Source: Blepharisma stoltei ATCC 30299
Lineage: Eukaryota; Protista; Ciliophora
NCBI GenBank assembly: GCA_965603825.1
Contig: CBFDEM010000045.1
Coordinates: 372,001 to 436,000, forward strand
DNA: 64,000 nt
Reading direction: 5' to 3'
The translations under genes were made by a program, and so were the position numbers. Positions 23,699-34,709 of this stretch are shown here, in pieces (position 1 is the stretch's first letter; every line of letters begins with the position of its first letter). The notes under the pieces were generated by a model, which saw nothing but the letters and a program-made list of their open reading frames with translations, had not been told where the DNA came from and did no database searches.

Positions 23699-25426
23699 TT
23701 TATTATAACCTTTCAAGTTTTTTGAATCATTTCAAGAAGAAAATTAATATTAAAATTTCTTCTCAAATTTATGTTAGTGAAGATTGGTCTAATATCTTCA
23801 TAAAATGATTTGAGTATTTTATTATTTTTCTAATTATTTTATTATTTCAGTAGTTTAGATGATATAGAACTATTTTTTAGATAAAATATTTAAGCTTAAT
23901 GATGAGTAAACTGGAAAAAAGTTGCAATTCCTAATGTATAACGTATTTTCTGTGCCCTTTTATTATTTTATAACAATGCATATAAAAATGGCTTTGAAGT
24001 ATTGCAATTACTGACTATAAAAATTGAATAGCTTTTAATAATTATGCTGAAGTTACCTGAAGAAAAATATCTTGCTGATAGTCTAACTTATTATATGGGA
24101 AAAACATATTATAAAAAAAAAAATTTAATTTTATTAATCTAAACAAAAGTTAAATAAATTGAATGCTAATTAATCAGCACAATTGTTTTATTAAAGATGC
24201 TTTCAAGTATAGAAAATCTGAAAATTTTGATTGTTGAATTTTTTTATTTTATAAATTGTGCCATTTACTACCTTTATTAAACATATTTTAACAACTTAAA
24301 ACAGTAAAGAGTCCTATTTTGAAATATAAAAAATTTCTTATAGGAGCTAATTATCTGCACAGCTCTTTATTTACAGTATTTAATTTTTCCTTAACTAAAA
24401 TCAATTTGCTTTTGCTTATCTGTATTCTGGATTTCTCAAGTATTATATTAGAATTAGCTAAAAAATTAGCATTGTAATTTTAAATTCTATAACTCATACT
24501 GCGCATTCTAAGTTATTAAAATATCTTAATACGCGAGAAATAATTTATAGAGAGCTTATCTAGTTGTAATAAATAGAGACTCAGACTCAGAAGTCGGAAA
24601 TTCTTTGATATATAAGATGCGCAGAAGAGAATATTAAAGAATACCGTATTTTCAAAAATAGAAGCAATTTTCAAAATTGGGCTTTATAAAATCCAATGCG
24701 TAATGCTTCAAAATTGTTTTTATTCATTGGAAAACAGCAGCTTAAGAGATTTTAAAACAATATCCAAGGGTATAACGAAATTCTAATAGATTATTTTGCT
24801 TTGTTAAAACAATTGAGAATGCTTTATTAATATTGGCGGCTGGGAACAATTATTATACAGGCTCTTAAGGACCTATAAATAAATTTTTTTTGGCTAAGAA
24901 TAATTTTGCATACCTAGCCATTTAAAGATGATGAAAAAGAAGATAAATAACGAAAATATTAATGTAAATAATTGAATCAAGTGATATTAATAACTATCAA
25001 ATAACTCAATATAAAAATATACAAAAGAGCTCGCGAAACCAAAAAAATGAGAAAAATCCGGCAAGGCAAAGATCAACTCCGCATTCATTAAAAATATTTA
25101 ACGGTGCTGAAATTCTTAAATAAAGAGTCACACAGCTCTTTGCCTAAATGTTTCATTCAAAATTATCTGAATTGTTGTAATCATTGTTTTGATCAGATCA
25201 TTAAACAAAAACTCTCTAAGTCACTTCTTCTAGGTATAATGGCAAGTGCTTAAGAAAATTTCTATTAGCAAATCCAATTCAGTTATTTAGCAGTGCTTAT
25301 GCACCAAGTTTTCTCTTATGAACTTTCTCATATAGCTATTAGCATTTTCATCATTTTTCCCTTCCTCCACTCTTAGCGAGATCAAAAACTCAATTCTTAT
25401 ATTCTAAATTATTAATATCTTTAAAT

Positions 25427-26041
25427 ATGCAAGAAGACAAAAAGTAAAATTTATATAGAGACGGCCTCTTCAAAATCGTGATTATTGGTGACTCAGGGGT
25501 CGGAAAGTCTTGCTTGTTAGCCAGATACACATATGAGCAGTTTGACGAAGCTCACATTGTTACAATAGGAGTAGATTTTCAAATTCGGACTTTAAACGTG
25601 GATGGTAAAAATATTATGCTTCAAATAGTAATTTTTATTCAGTGAGATACAGCTGGCCAAGAGAGATTTCGAACGATCATCACAGGGTATTACCGAAATG
25701 CTGATGGGGTAATTTTTGTTTTTGACAAAACTAATAGAGAAAGTTTTAACCATATAGACGACTGGGTAAAAGAAGTAGACAAATTTTCAGGGACTTGCAT
25801 GGCAAGAATTTTGGTAGGGAGTAAGTCTGATATGCCTGGAGGTGTTAGTAAAGAAGAAGCAGAAGAAAAAGCAAACAAATTCGGATTTAAATATGTTGAA
25901 TCAAGTGCTAAAAAAAACTACCAAGTAGATTTGATTTTTGAATCAATTGCAAAATCACTTATACAAATCCAGGATAAACCCAAAAGAGAGTCGACAAGGC
26001 TTAGCAAAGCTCCCGCAAAGAAAAAAAAGAAATGCTGCTAA
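25427..26041 (+). CDS. Rab family GTPase (Rab1-like), two 15-nt introns
   Basis: [17 protein letters not shown]|W(TGA)[22 protein letters not shown], and a polybasic tail ending in CC. Confidence 0.95.
25444..25458 (+). other. 15-nt intron GTAAAATTTATATAG
   Basis: GT..AG with A at -6; contains an in-frame TAA. Confidence 0.92.
25628..25642 (+). other. 15-nt intron GTAATTTTTATTCAG (no stop codon if retained)
   Basis: Removal restores the invariant LQIWDTAGQ motif. Confidence 0.93.
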
Positions 26042-26167
26042 GAATATATATTTTATTGGTTTATGGAATTAAATAATCTAAATTCAATTATGTAGCTATC
26101 CCTAGTTGCATTTTATACTCTAATTTAGTTGTCTAATTGCAATATTCTCATTAAAAAGCTATTAAGT

Positions 26168-29129
26168 TTATTTATGTCCAGCAGATTTTGATTCATAATA
26201 TTTAATAACGCCCAATTTAAAAATCAGTGTGACTAGCAAAGTAGTTGCTCCTATAAATACACAAATCACAAATTGAAAAGGATCGAGCGGCTCTGTATTC
26301 ATAAAATCTCCTCCTTCATATATAAAAAAGATTTGTAATGAAAATTCAACAACAATAATAGTTAAAAATTGCCAATTGTCAAAAATCCCAGAAAATACAT
26401 TATATTCTTCAGGCCTGATTTTTCTGCAGTTAATTTGATTGAAGAGCTGAAGCATGACGAAAATATTGAAGCAAAGAGTGTAATGGACTGTTTCCTCTTC
26501 AGGTCAATCAGAATTCCAGCCAGCCTCACAGCCAAAAATATCAGGTCCCCAGAATAGCACAATCAATACAATAGTGACTTGGTAAACTGATTGGATAATG
26601 ATATTTGCAAGAATTCAAGGAGATAATATATATTCATTTTTACCATAAGGAGCAGATTCAAGAACTTTGCTATCAGGATCTTGTGTTGCTAAGGCTAGTG
26701 CTGCTAAAGAGTCCATCATAAGATTAACCCATAACATTTGGACTGCAGTTAAAGGGGAGCTTTTTACAGCTACAGCACCTATCAAGCACAGAAAAAGTGC
26801 AACTGCATTTACAGTCAACTGGAACTGCAAATATCTTCTGATGTTAAAATATATATTTCTTCCCCATTTAATTGCAGTCACAATACTCTGAATATTATCA
26901 TCAAGCAAAATAATATCAGACGCTTCTTTAGCCATTGGCGTAGCAGTCATCATAGCAATTCCAACATCAGCTCTTTGCAAAGCTGCTGCATCATTTGTCC
27001 CATCACCAGTGACCGCGACAATTCTTTCTAGTCCTCTCATTCCTATAGTCAAAAGTAGCTTATCTTGTGGGCTGCATCTTGCTAAAATTCTCAAATGTTC
27101 TTCCATTTTTTTAAATTCTTGCTCATCTCCAATCGAGTAACTAATGACTTCATCCTGTTCTTTTACTATAAGTCCTCCTGTTCTTCTGTCAAAATCTTTT
27201 CCAAGTATGATAGTATCATTATTAGTATTATAGTCATAATCATCTGCAAGAATACTACAATTTTTCCCTATCCTGGTAGCTATATCAGGGTTGTCGCCTG
27301 TAATTATTCTGACTGTGACTCCAGTTTTTCTTAAAGTTTCTATAGCTTCTTTAGCCTCGTCTCTAACTGGATCTTCTATTCCAAAAATAGCAACAAGCAC
27401 CATTCCGTTAGTTGCCTTATCCATTTCATCTTTATTTGGATTATCATTAAGCCCTATCTCTTTAACTGATCCTGCTTTATATGCAACAGCAATAGTCCTT
27501 AAAGATTTTTGTGACCATCTGATTAATTTTTCATTGACCTTTTCTTTGTCAGCTGAAGTTATTTCTACAATATTTCCGTCACTTTTCAACATATGTGTGC
27601 ATCGTCTCATAATTCTTTCTGGGGCACCCTTAATATATAAAGCTGCATCATCAGGATTTTCTACATTAAAAGTGCTCATCATTTTTGCTTGTGAGTTAAA
27701 AGGGACTTGCATAACCTGGGTCTTCATATTTCTATATTGATGATAATTCAGCCCCCAGTGCATCAAAAACATAAGTAAAGCACATTCAGTCCGATTTCCT
27801 GCCTTTTCTATATTTCCATCAACAGAGTGTACATCAGCAGTGGTATTTCTTGCGACAGAAGCTCCCAGAATGCTAACGACTTTAGAGTCGACTTCTGGGA
27901 TCCTTATATTTGTTTTTTCTATCCCAATTAGCGCTTTAATAACTTTCATCTCGTTTTTGGTCAAAGTCCCTGTTTTATCTATTAATAGCTCTTGGCAGCC
28001 TCCCATGGTTTCACAAGCTTTGAGATGCTTCACAAAAATTTTTTCCTCCTTCATTTTTTTCATTGAGAAAGCTAAACTTAAAGTGACAGCTAATGGGAGC
28101 CCTTCAGGGATTACTACAACTAATATAGTAATTGCAAAGATAAAAGCTGTAAATACATGCTCGGTGTCGGAATCGTCCCATTTTCCGGCTTCGACAACAT
28201 CTGAAATGATGAAAATTGATAAAGTTGTAAAAATAACAGCTGCAGCAATTGTGCCAATGATGCCAATATGAAGGCCGATTTGAGCAAGCTTTTCTTCTAG
28301 TGGTGTAGCTTCATCAGAGTACTGCTGCAATATCAGCTTAAGATGTTTGCCAATAGTAGAATTGCTTCCTACACAACAAACAATCATTTCCCCAGTACCT
28401 TCTACTATAGAGCATCCAGAGATAATAAAAGGATCATCATTCCCTTTTTCAATTGTTTTGCTTTCTCCTGTCAAAGCACTCTCATCCACAGTCACTCCAT
28501 AGGATCTTACCAATATTCCGTCAGCAGGCGCTATATCTCCTGGGTTTAAGTACATCAGATCCCCAACCACCAAATCATTAACCCAAATTTCTTCCAGCTC
28601 CTCATTCCTCACAACATTTACGTAATGTCTTTTTGTGTCAGAATTAAGCCTTCTAAACTGGAGTTCTTTAAAATAGTCTTGTATAGCAAAAACAGTGATA
28701 GCAATAAATATAGATACAAAAATTGCACAGCCTTCATATCAGCCTTCACTTAAATCGTCAATAATCCCTATTGCGAGTGAAACAATCCCTGCAAATAGCA
28801 AAAGCTGAATAACGAAATTTTTAAATTGGTCACATATGATTTTTCATAGAGAGTTAGACGGCTGCACATAAGGCTTGTTGTCACCAAATCTAAATTAGAG
28901 TTTACGTAGACTGACGAAGCTGGATATCGTATTCAGTGCATAACAGACCAAATTTTTCACTTGTACACAAAGCATTGCAAAGTCATTCAATGCCCCCGAG
29001 TTTTTTAAGATTTTCTAAGCTGTGTCCATCGTGGATTGCGTGGGTTTCAAAAAGCGTACTAAATTAACGTTACATAAGCTGTTCAGGAGTTGTCCCAAAT
29101 TGATTCCCAAGAAGGTCTTCTTCTTCCAT
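26168..29129 (-). CDS. P-type IIB (PMCA-like) Ca2+ ATPase, paralog 2 (~976 aa), with one 15-nt and one 16-nt intron
   Basis: ATG 29129 (MEEEDLLGNQFG) and a full P-type motif set. Collinear with the gene at 1..2377. TGA at 26615 and 26504 align with TGG in the paralog. Confidence 0.95.
28890..28905 (-). other. 16-nt intron GTAAACTCTAATTTAG
   Basis: Required to change frame into ...RQSTFGDNKP; A at -6. Confidence 0.9.
29059..29073 (-). other. 15-nt intron GTAACGTTAATTTAG
   Basis: GT..AG with A at -6 and an in-frame TAA. Confidence 0.9.
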
Positions 29130-29519
29130 TATCCGTTTTACAAAGAATTTAGTAAGAATATTTATGGAATTTAATGTTATCTTTGAAGTTTAAGAGACAA
29201 AGGCGTTAGAAGTTAAGATTTTAACTGTTATTTAAAAAATGGAAGGCATTAAAATAAAAAGGTTTGTTAGGATTTTGAATATGGGAGGGAGAATTAAAAA
29301 AATGCTTAACCATCAAAATGCTTTTATGTAGTGAAACAATTAAGTCACTAAATGAACAATTTCTCACATAATTTTCAAATAAGCAGTCAGAAATCAATGA
29401 TAGCGCTTAATAGACTGATTACAATCCTGTAAATTAGATTCATCTCAAAGTTATTAGTATGCTGGTAAATCTAAATAGAATAAAGACTTAAATTATTTTT
29501 CAGTTATTTTACACTCTTA

Positions 29520-30602
29520 TTAAAGAGATCCATTACTCCTTGGAAAAGCTTTATCATAAATACTTGTAAGTACTTCTTCTGAATTCAATAAATGCTCCAC
29601 TACCATTTCTCTTTCTTCAGCCTCACTTTTTTTGTACATTCCTCTTTTCTTAATTATTTCATTTCTAACATTTTCAATGCATTTTCTTAGGATCATTTCT
29701 ACTTCAGTTTTTGATTCAATCTCTCTTGTATAAGCAGTTCTTGCAGCTCTTAAATTTTTTCTCTCTATTTCTAGTAATTTCTTCAGTCTTGCAATCACTC
29801 CTTCATATCTTTCAATCTGTGGATTATTTATTGTTAAAGCAGTTTCAATTTGTCTTGTAACTGATTTCGGAGAGTTTGCTGTGAAAACTGACCTCATAGT
29901 CCCTGTCATTTCAAACTTTTCTTCTTCATTTTCATATTGTTTTTTCACTCGATAATACTTTTCCATCAACTCTCGTAATTCGCTTTCTTTAATTTTCAAT
30001 TCAATTTTCAGCTGCTTATTTTCTTGTTCAAGACTCAGATTTTTACTATCTATAATCTGAGCTGAAGATCTCAGCATTTCCAATTCTTTAGAAATTTTAC
30101 CTTCATTTTTGACTAATGATGAAATTTCTTCAACTTTTTTTTGTCTTTTTTCTTCAAGGTCTTCACAGATTCTCCCTAATTTCATATCAAAAATCCTAAC
30201 AATATCTTTTTCTTGGTCTAAGAGCTCATTTTGCATGTCTTTTTTAAAACTGGATATTGCGATCATAAGTTTTCTATGAAGGCTATCGACTTGTTCTAGG
30301 CTGCTTTTGGTCCTTTCTGAATTAGGAGATGGGCCCATACGAGTTTCTTTTAGCTCAGCTTTAAGGGCAGCTATTGTAGTTTGATAATCAATAACTTTTT
30401 GAGCTAAAGATCTCTCGGCTTGCTGGAGATGGGCTTGTAATTGAATATTTTTTGTACGTTCTATATTAAGCTGCTCTTGCAAGTCTTGGATTTTTTGATA
30501 AGCATCTCCGCCTCCTCCTTGAGAAGAGAGCATTCTTGGACGGTTTCCTTTGCTTTCAATAGTTCTTTGACGAGTGAAAAGACTGATGGGGAATAATGAC
30601 AT
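29520..30602 (-). CDS. Coiled-coil protein of unknown function (360 aa)
   Basis: Long uninterrupted ORF with heptad-rich Glu/Lys/Leu composition. Confidence 0.8.
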   Translation of the reverse strand: MSLFPISLFTRQRTIESKGNRPRMLSSQGGGGDAYQKIQDLQEQLNIERTKNIQLQAHLQQAERSLAQKVIDYQTTIAALKAELKETRMGPSPNSERTKSSLEQVDSLHRKLMIAISSFKKDMQNELLDQEKDIVRIFDMKLGRICEDLEEKRQKKVEEISSLVKNEGKISKELEMLRSSAQIIDSKNLSLEQENKQLKIELKIKESELRELMEKYYRVKKQYENEEEKFEMTGTMRSVFTANSPKSVTRQIETALTINNPQIERYEGVIARLKKLLEIERKNLRAARTAYTREIESKTEVEMILRKCIENVRNEIIKKRGMYKKSEAEEREMVVEHLLNSEEVLTSIYDKAFPRSNGSL

Positions 30603-31344
30603 TTATGCTTTGTTTTTAATTATTTTTTAACTGCATTGCCATAATACAAATAATTATGGGTATAAATCTGATTGCTATTTTATAATATAGCAGGCAACAA
30701 TTATTTGATAATAGAGACTACTTATATTTTTGAATCTCTCTGGCGAGGAGATCAAGATTTTGAGCATTAATTCTGCAAATATAATTTTCTAGATGAGTTT
30801 GAAAAGTTGCCTATAAATCTATAAATGAATGAGATTAGAACAATTTAAATCCAAAATTGTAATAAATTGCAATTATAAAATTTGCGATACCAAGATTTGA
30901 TTAGATACATTGTGAAATATAAGTAATAAAGTTTACTTGATTTCCTCCTAACTAATGAAGAGCAAAACTTGCATAATCTTTATAGCATCTTTAATTTTCG
31001 TTAAATCAAAAGCATTATTATTTCGTAAAAAATGACAAAAGCTTATTTTTGATTTATAAAATCAGTAAATAGTAAAAAAATTTCTATATTATTTAAAACC
31101 AAAATCTCAAATTTAAACTCTAATAAATAGCTTCATTTATATTTCAAAATTCAGCATAATTTTAATTCATATGTGCCATTTATTTATTCACCTAATTTTT
31201 CTAGCACTAAACAACTTTCTGAATAGATTATTTCATTTATATTTGGTAGAACTTTTTCAAGCACCAGCCATATCCTATTCTATTATCATAAATAACAAAA
31301 TTCGCCAGCAGAGAAGTTTCAGATTATCTATATTCGTAAATTAT

Positions 31345-31737
31345 TTAAATATTATTTTCACTGCAAGTATTGCTTGAAAAGCTTTCTTTTCTGTTCTTCG
31401 CTTCAATTGCTTTGGCAAAGAGCCCAACTGATTCAGCATTTTGGCTGTTATCATTCTCGTTCAACACATTTTTCAATGATTCACATTCACTTTTTAGGAC
31501 TTTGACAACCCCTTCCAGGCTGTCTATTTTCTTTTGCAACGAAAAAGAGTATTCTTTGAGCATTTTGATTAAATGGGCATCTTCTTCTTTTTCTCGCAAT
31601 AAATTTTTTATTAAGGTTTGCTCTTCTTTTGGTTGGCACTCGCTTTCTTCGATTTCTTCTAATATATCAGCTAGAGGAGATGAGGTTAATTTTTCAAAGC
31701 AAGAGTGGGAGCGTGAAACTATCGGTACTTCAAACAT
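31345..31737 (-). CDS. Small coiled-coil hypothetical protein (130 aa)
   Basis: ATG after an A-rich leader; codon and amino-acid usage like neighbouring genes. Confidence 0.65.
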   Translation of the reverse strand: MFEVPIVSRSHSCFEKLTSSPLADILEEIEESECQPKEEQTLIKNLLREKEEDAHLIKMLKEYSFSLQKKIDSLEGVVKVLKSECESLKNVLNENDNSQNAESVGLFAKAIEAKNRKESFSSNTCSENNI

Positions 31738-31865
31738 TTATTATAAAAATTTTAAATAGTAATAAGGGGAATCTAATTATAATGTTTTATATGCGTTCTA
31801 AATATATATTATGAGGTAAAGCCATAAAAATATTTATTGATTTGGTTAAATTATGAGAAGCTTAT

Positions 31866-32174
31866 TTATTTCTTCGTCAAGCTTCCAGCAACAATCATGA
31901 TTTCTCTAATGGTATAATCAGTGACCAATCTATTGATTACATATGGATCATTTTGAGCAAACTCTTTGATCATTCTTTCATCTGCTTCAAATAAAAGAAC
32001 CCCAGTGTCGATAGGGTTTTGTAAAGCTCCTCCTAGAATTAACCCTCTTGATTCGTATGCTCTTGCATGAGCTAGGTGTGATTCTCTATAAGGGACTCTT
32101 TTATCAACCATGCCTTCGACATACTTATAGGTTAGCAGAAAGTGCTTGAATCTTCTTGCTTGAGAGGCGAGCAT
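31866..32174 (-). CDS. YciI/YCII-related domain protein
   Basis: R-x-PYRESHLAH, LILGGALQNP-x-DTGVLLF, FAQNDPYVINRLVT-x-Y-x-IRE pattern. Confidence 0.85.
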   Translation of the reverse strand: MLASQARRFKHFLLTYKYVEGMVDKRVPYRESHLAHARAYESRGLILGGALQNPIDTGVLLFEADERMIKEFAQNDPYVINRLVTDYTIREIMIVAGSLTKK

Positions 32175-32849
32175 TTTTATTTATTAACTGCAAATTTTAA
32201 TAATTTTTCACCAGTATTAAGGTGTTAAATTTGATTCTTTATTAATTTGAGTATTTTGGAGGAAAGCTGATTAATCAGAGAAGGGATAGAAACTATTGCT
32301 GATAATTGGAGTTATCCAAAATGAGAACTTCAAACTCATAAGGAAATAGAAAGGATATTTATTATAGTTAAATTTCAATTATATTGTCTCAATTGACAAT
32401 TTTATATTAGGGCATATATTTTAAAAAGTAATAAAAATCATAATTTTATTAGCTTTGATAGCAGTCTGAATTATCATTATACCTCAGGTTTTTAATTGGC
32501 TGATCTAAGTTAATTCATCTTTCTCCAAAACAACTGCTTTTGTTTCTAGTCCTTTTAGAAAGAAAAATATGAAATTTAAACTTGAGATTTTTGCTTTCAA
32601 AAATGTTTCAATCCTAATGCTATTTTAAATAAAAATGAAGAATCCAAGACTTTTAATAATAAGACTGACATATAATAAAAGCCTTCTAAATAATTTTCAG
32701 GCTTTTTTATTCTTTTCTAAAGCAATATCATAATTTTTCTTCCAAAATCAAGTTTTCCAATAACCATCAATTATTCTCGTTTTAAATTTTATGCTACCTT
32801 CATTATTATTTGAATTTATCTATATAGCAATAAATGGATTATAAACATT

Positions 32850-33824
32850 ATGTACCGGCGAGTAGAAAATCGCGATGAATCAATGAAAAACTTCTATACA
32901 ATCATTGAGCAGCTTGGTGAAGGAACTTTTGGGAAAGTCTGGAGAGCAGTCAGCAAAGCCACAGGTGAAGAATTCGCAATTAAATCCATTGATAAATCTA
33001 AGCTTGGCCAAGACGAAATTTCAAATCTTCAGCTTGAAATCGATATAATTTCTCAAGTAGATCACCCAAATATCGTCCGCACTTATGAAGTTTTCGATGA
33101 GCCTCGATATTTGCATTTTGTCATGGAAATTATGAGTGGAGGTGAACTATTCGAAAAAATTGTGGAAAAAGACCACTACAGTGAAAAAGAAGCAGCAGAC
33201 ACAATTCGTCCAGTCGTGGAAGCAATTAAATATTGTCATGATATGGGGATTGTCCATAGAGATTTGAAGCCAGAAAATTTATTACTTTCATCAGCTGATG
33301 AAGGTGGAATTTTAAAAATCACAGACTTTGGCTTGGCAAGATTTTATGACGATGATTTAATGACGACTGCGTGTGGAACCCCAGGATATGTCGCACCAGA
33401 AATTATTGAAGCGAGAGGATATGGACTTGAAGTCGATTATTGGAGTTTAGGAGTGATTTTATATATTATGCTGTGTGGATTTCCACCTTTTTTCGAGGAT
33501 AACAATGAAAAGTTGTTTGATATGATAAAGAAAGGCGAGTATGAGTTTACGTCTCCTTATTGGGATGATATTTCAGCTATGGCAAAAGACTTGATTTCTC
33601 ATTTGCTACAGGTAACTCCAAGCCAAAGGTTTAACGCTGAAGAAGTTTTAAGACATCCTTGGATGACAGGAGAAAACACTCCTCGCACCAATATGCCAGC
33701 TGTAAGTAGAAAGATAAGAGAATTCAACACCAGAAGAAGATTCAGAAAAGTCGGAAACGCAGCAGTTGCTTCAGTGAAGCTTATTCACATTGCACATGAA
33801 AAGCATAGAGAAGAGTATGCATAA
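32850..33824 (+). CDS. CaMK1-like Ser/Thr kinase
   Basis: LGEGTFG, HRDLKPEN, DFG, TACGTPGYVAPE, FTSPYWDDIS, and an autoinhibitory/CaM-binding tail FNTRRRFRKVGNAAV. Confidence 0.95.
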   Translation: MYRRVENRDESMKNFYTIIEQLGEGTFGKVWRAVSKATGEEFAIKSIDKSKLGQDEISNLQLEIDIISQVDHPNIVRTYEVFDEPRYLHFVMEIMSGGELFEKIVEKDHYSEKEAADTIRPVVEAIKYCHDMGIVHRDLKPENLLLSSADEGGILKITDFGLARFYDDDLMTTACGTPGYVAPEIIEARGYGLEVDYWSLGVILYIMLCGFPPFFEDNNEKLFDMIKKGEYEFTSPYWDDISAMAKDLISHLLQVTPSQRFNAEEVLRHPWMTGENTPRTNMPAVSRKIREFNTRRRFRKVGNAAVASVKLIHIAHEKHREEYA

Positions 33825-33883
33825 TTTATTAATAAACTTTAGCTTTATTTTGATAAATTTATTTACAATAGTATTTCAATTAA

Positions 33884-34330
33884 TTATTTCACCGTTTTCT
33901 TTTTCCCGATTTCTGCCTTTCTTTTTTTAGTATCTTTTTCTTCTTCATCTTGGCTGGCATCTTTTCTCTTTGCAGGCTTGGGGTCCTCAGCTGCTTTTTG
34001 TGCTGCCTCGAGTTTTGCTTTTTCCTGCTCATGGAGAGTCTTGAATTTTTGCTTTTCTGCTTCAGAAGCATTTTTCCAGAGCCCAGCGATATGCTTGATC
34101 ATATCTTTGGGACCAAGATCAGGGTTCTGAGCTTTGACTTCAGCCCTTTTGCTACTGACAAATAAATTATAAGCTGAGGCGGGACGTTTAGGTTTAGCAG
34201 TGTCAGACTTAGTTGAAGCAATTGGATGGTGGTTTTCTTTGTTTGATTTAGATTCTTTGGTTTCTTCAACTTCTTTCTTCTTGTCGGCGTGATCTTCTTG
34301 TACAGGAGCTGCACCTTTTTTAGCTGGCAT
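33884..34330 (-). CDS. HMG-box protein (NHP6/HMGB-like)
   Basis: KPKRPASAYNLFV...VKAQNPDL...IAGLWKNASEAEKQKF. Confidence 0.92.
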   Translation of the reverse strand: MPAKKGAAPVQEDHADKKKEVEETKESKSNKENHHPIASTKSDTAKPKRPASAYNLFVSSKRAEVKAQNPDLGPKDMIKHIAGLWKNASEAEKQKFKTLHEQEKAKLEAAQKAAEDPKPAKRKDASQDEEEKDTKKRKAEIGKKKTVK

Positions 34331-34709
34331 TTTTATTTTATAGTGTGTCTTAAATTAGATAAAAATGAAGTGTGGGGGGATGATAAATTCAAAGATTATG
34401 ATCAAAATAAGGAAATAAATTCAGTTTTATACTTTAGTTAGCTGTATAAGTTATTTTTTTCTATAAAATTTTAGATAGTAATATTATGCTGTTATTATGT
34501 CACAACTGCAATCTTTATTCCTCAATAATTCCTTCTATTAATTTATTTTCTGTTCTTATTTTTCATATTTATCTAATCAAATCTAAATTAATTTAAATTC
34601 TCATTGTAAAACCGCTAGGTTTAAAAACTTTAATGTAATTACCTCTTTAATCAATTTCTTTCCTTAAACTTATTATATAATTCAACTTATATTTGTAATT
34701 AATAGTAAA

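Noticed and set aside
20460-25420. Retained IESs or transposons in the long AT-rich spacers
   Set aside because: No terminal inverted repeats, transposase ORF or interrupted CDS were visible. This cannot be excluded without MAC/MIC read comparison.
25643-25645. Selenocysteine interpretation of in-frame TGA
   Set aside because: The TGAs align with Trp, not catalytic Cys, and occur throughout ordinary proteins.
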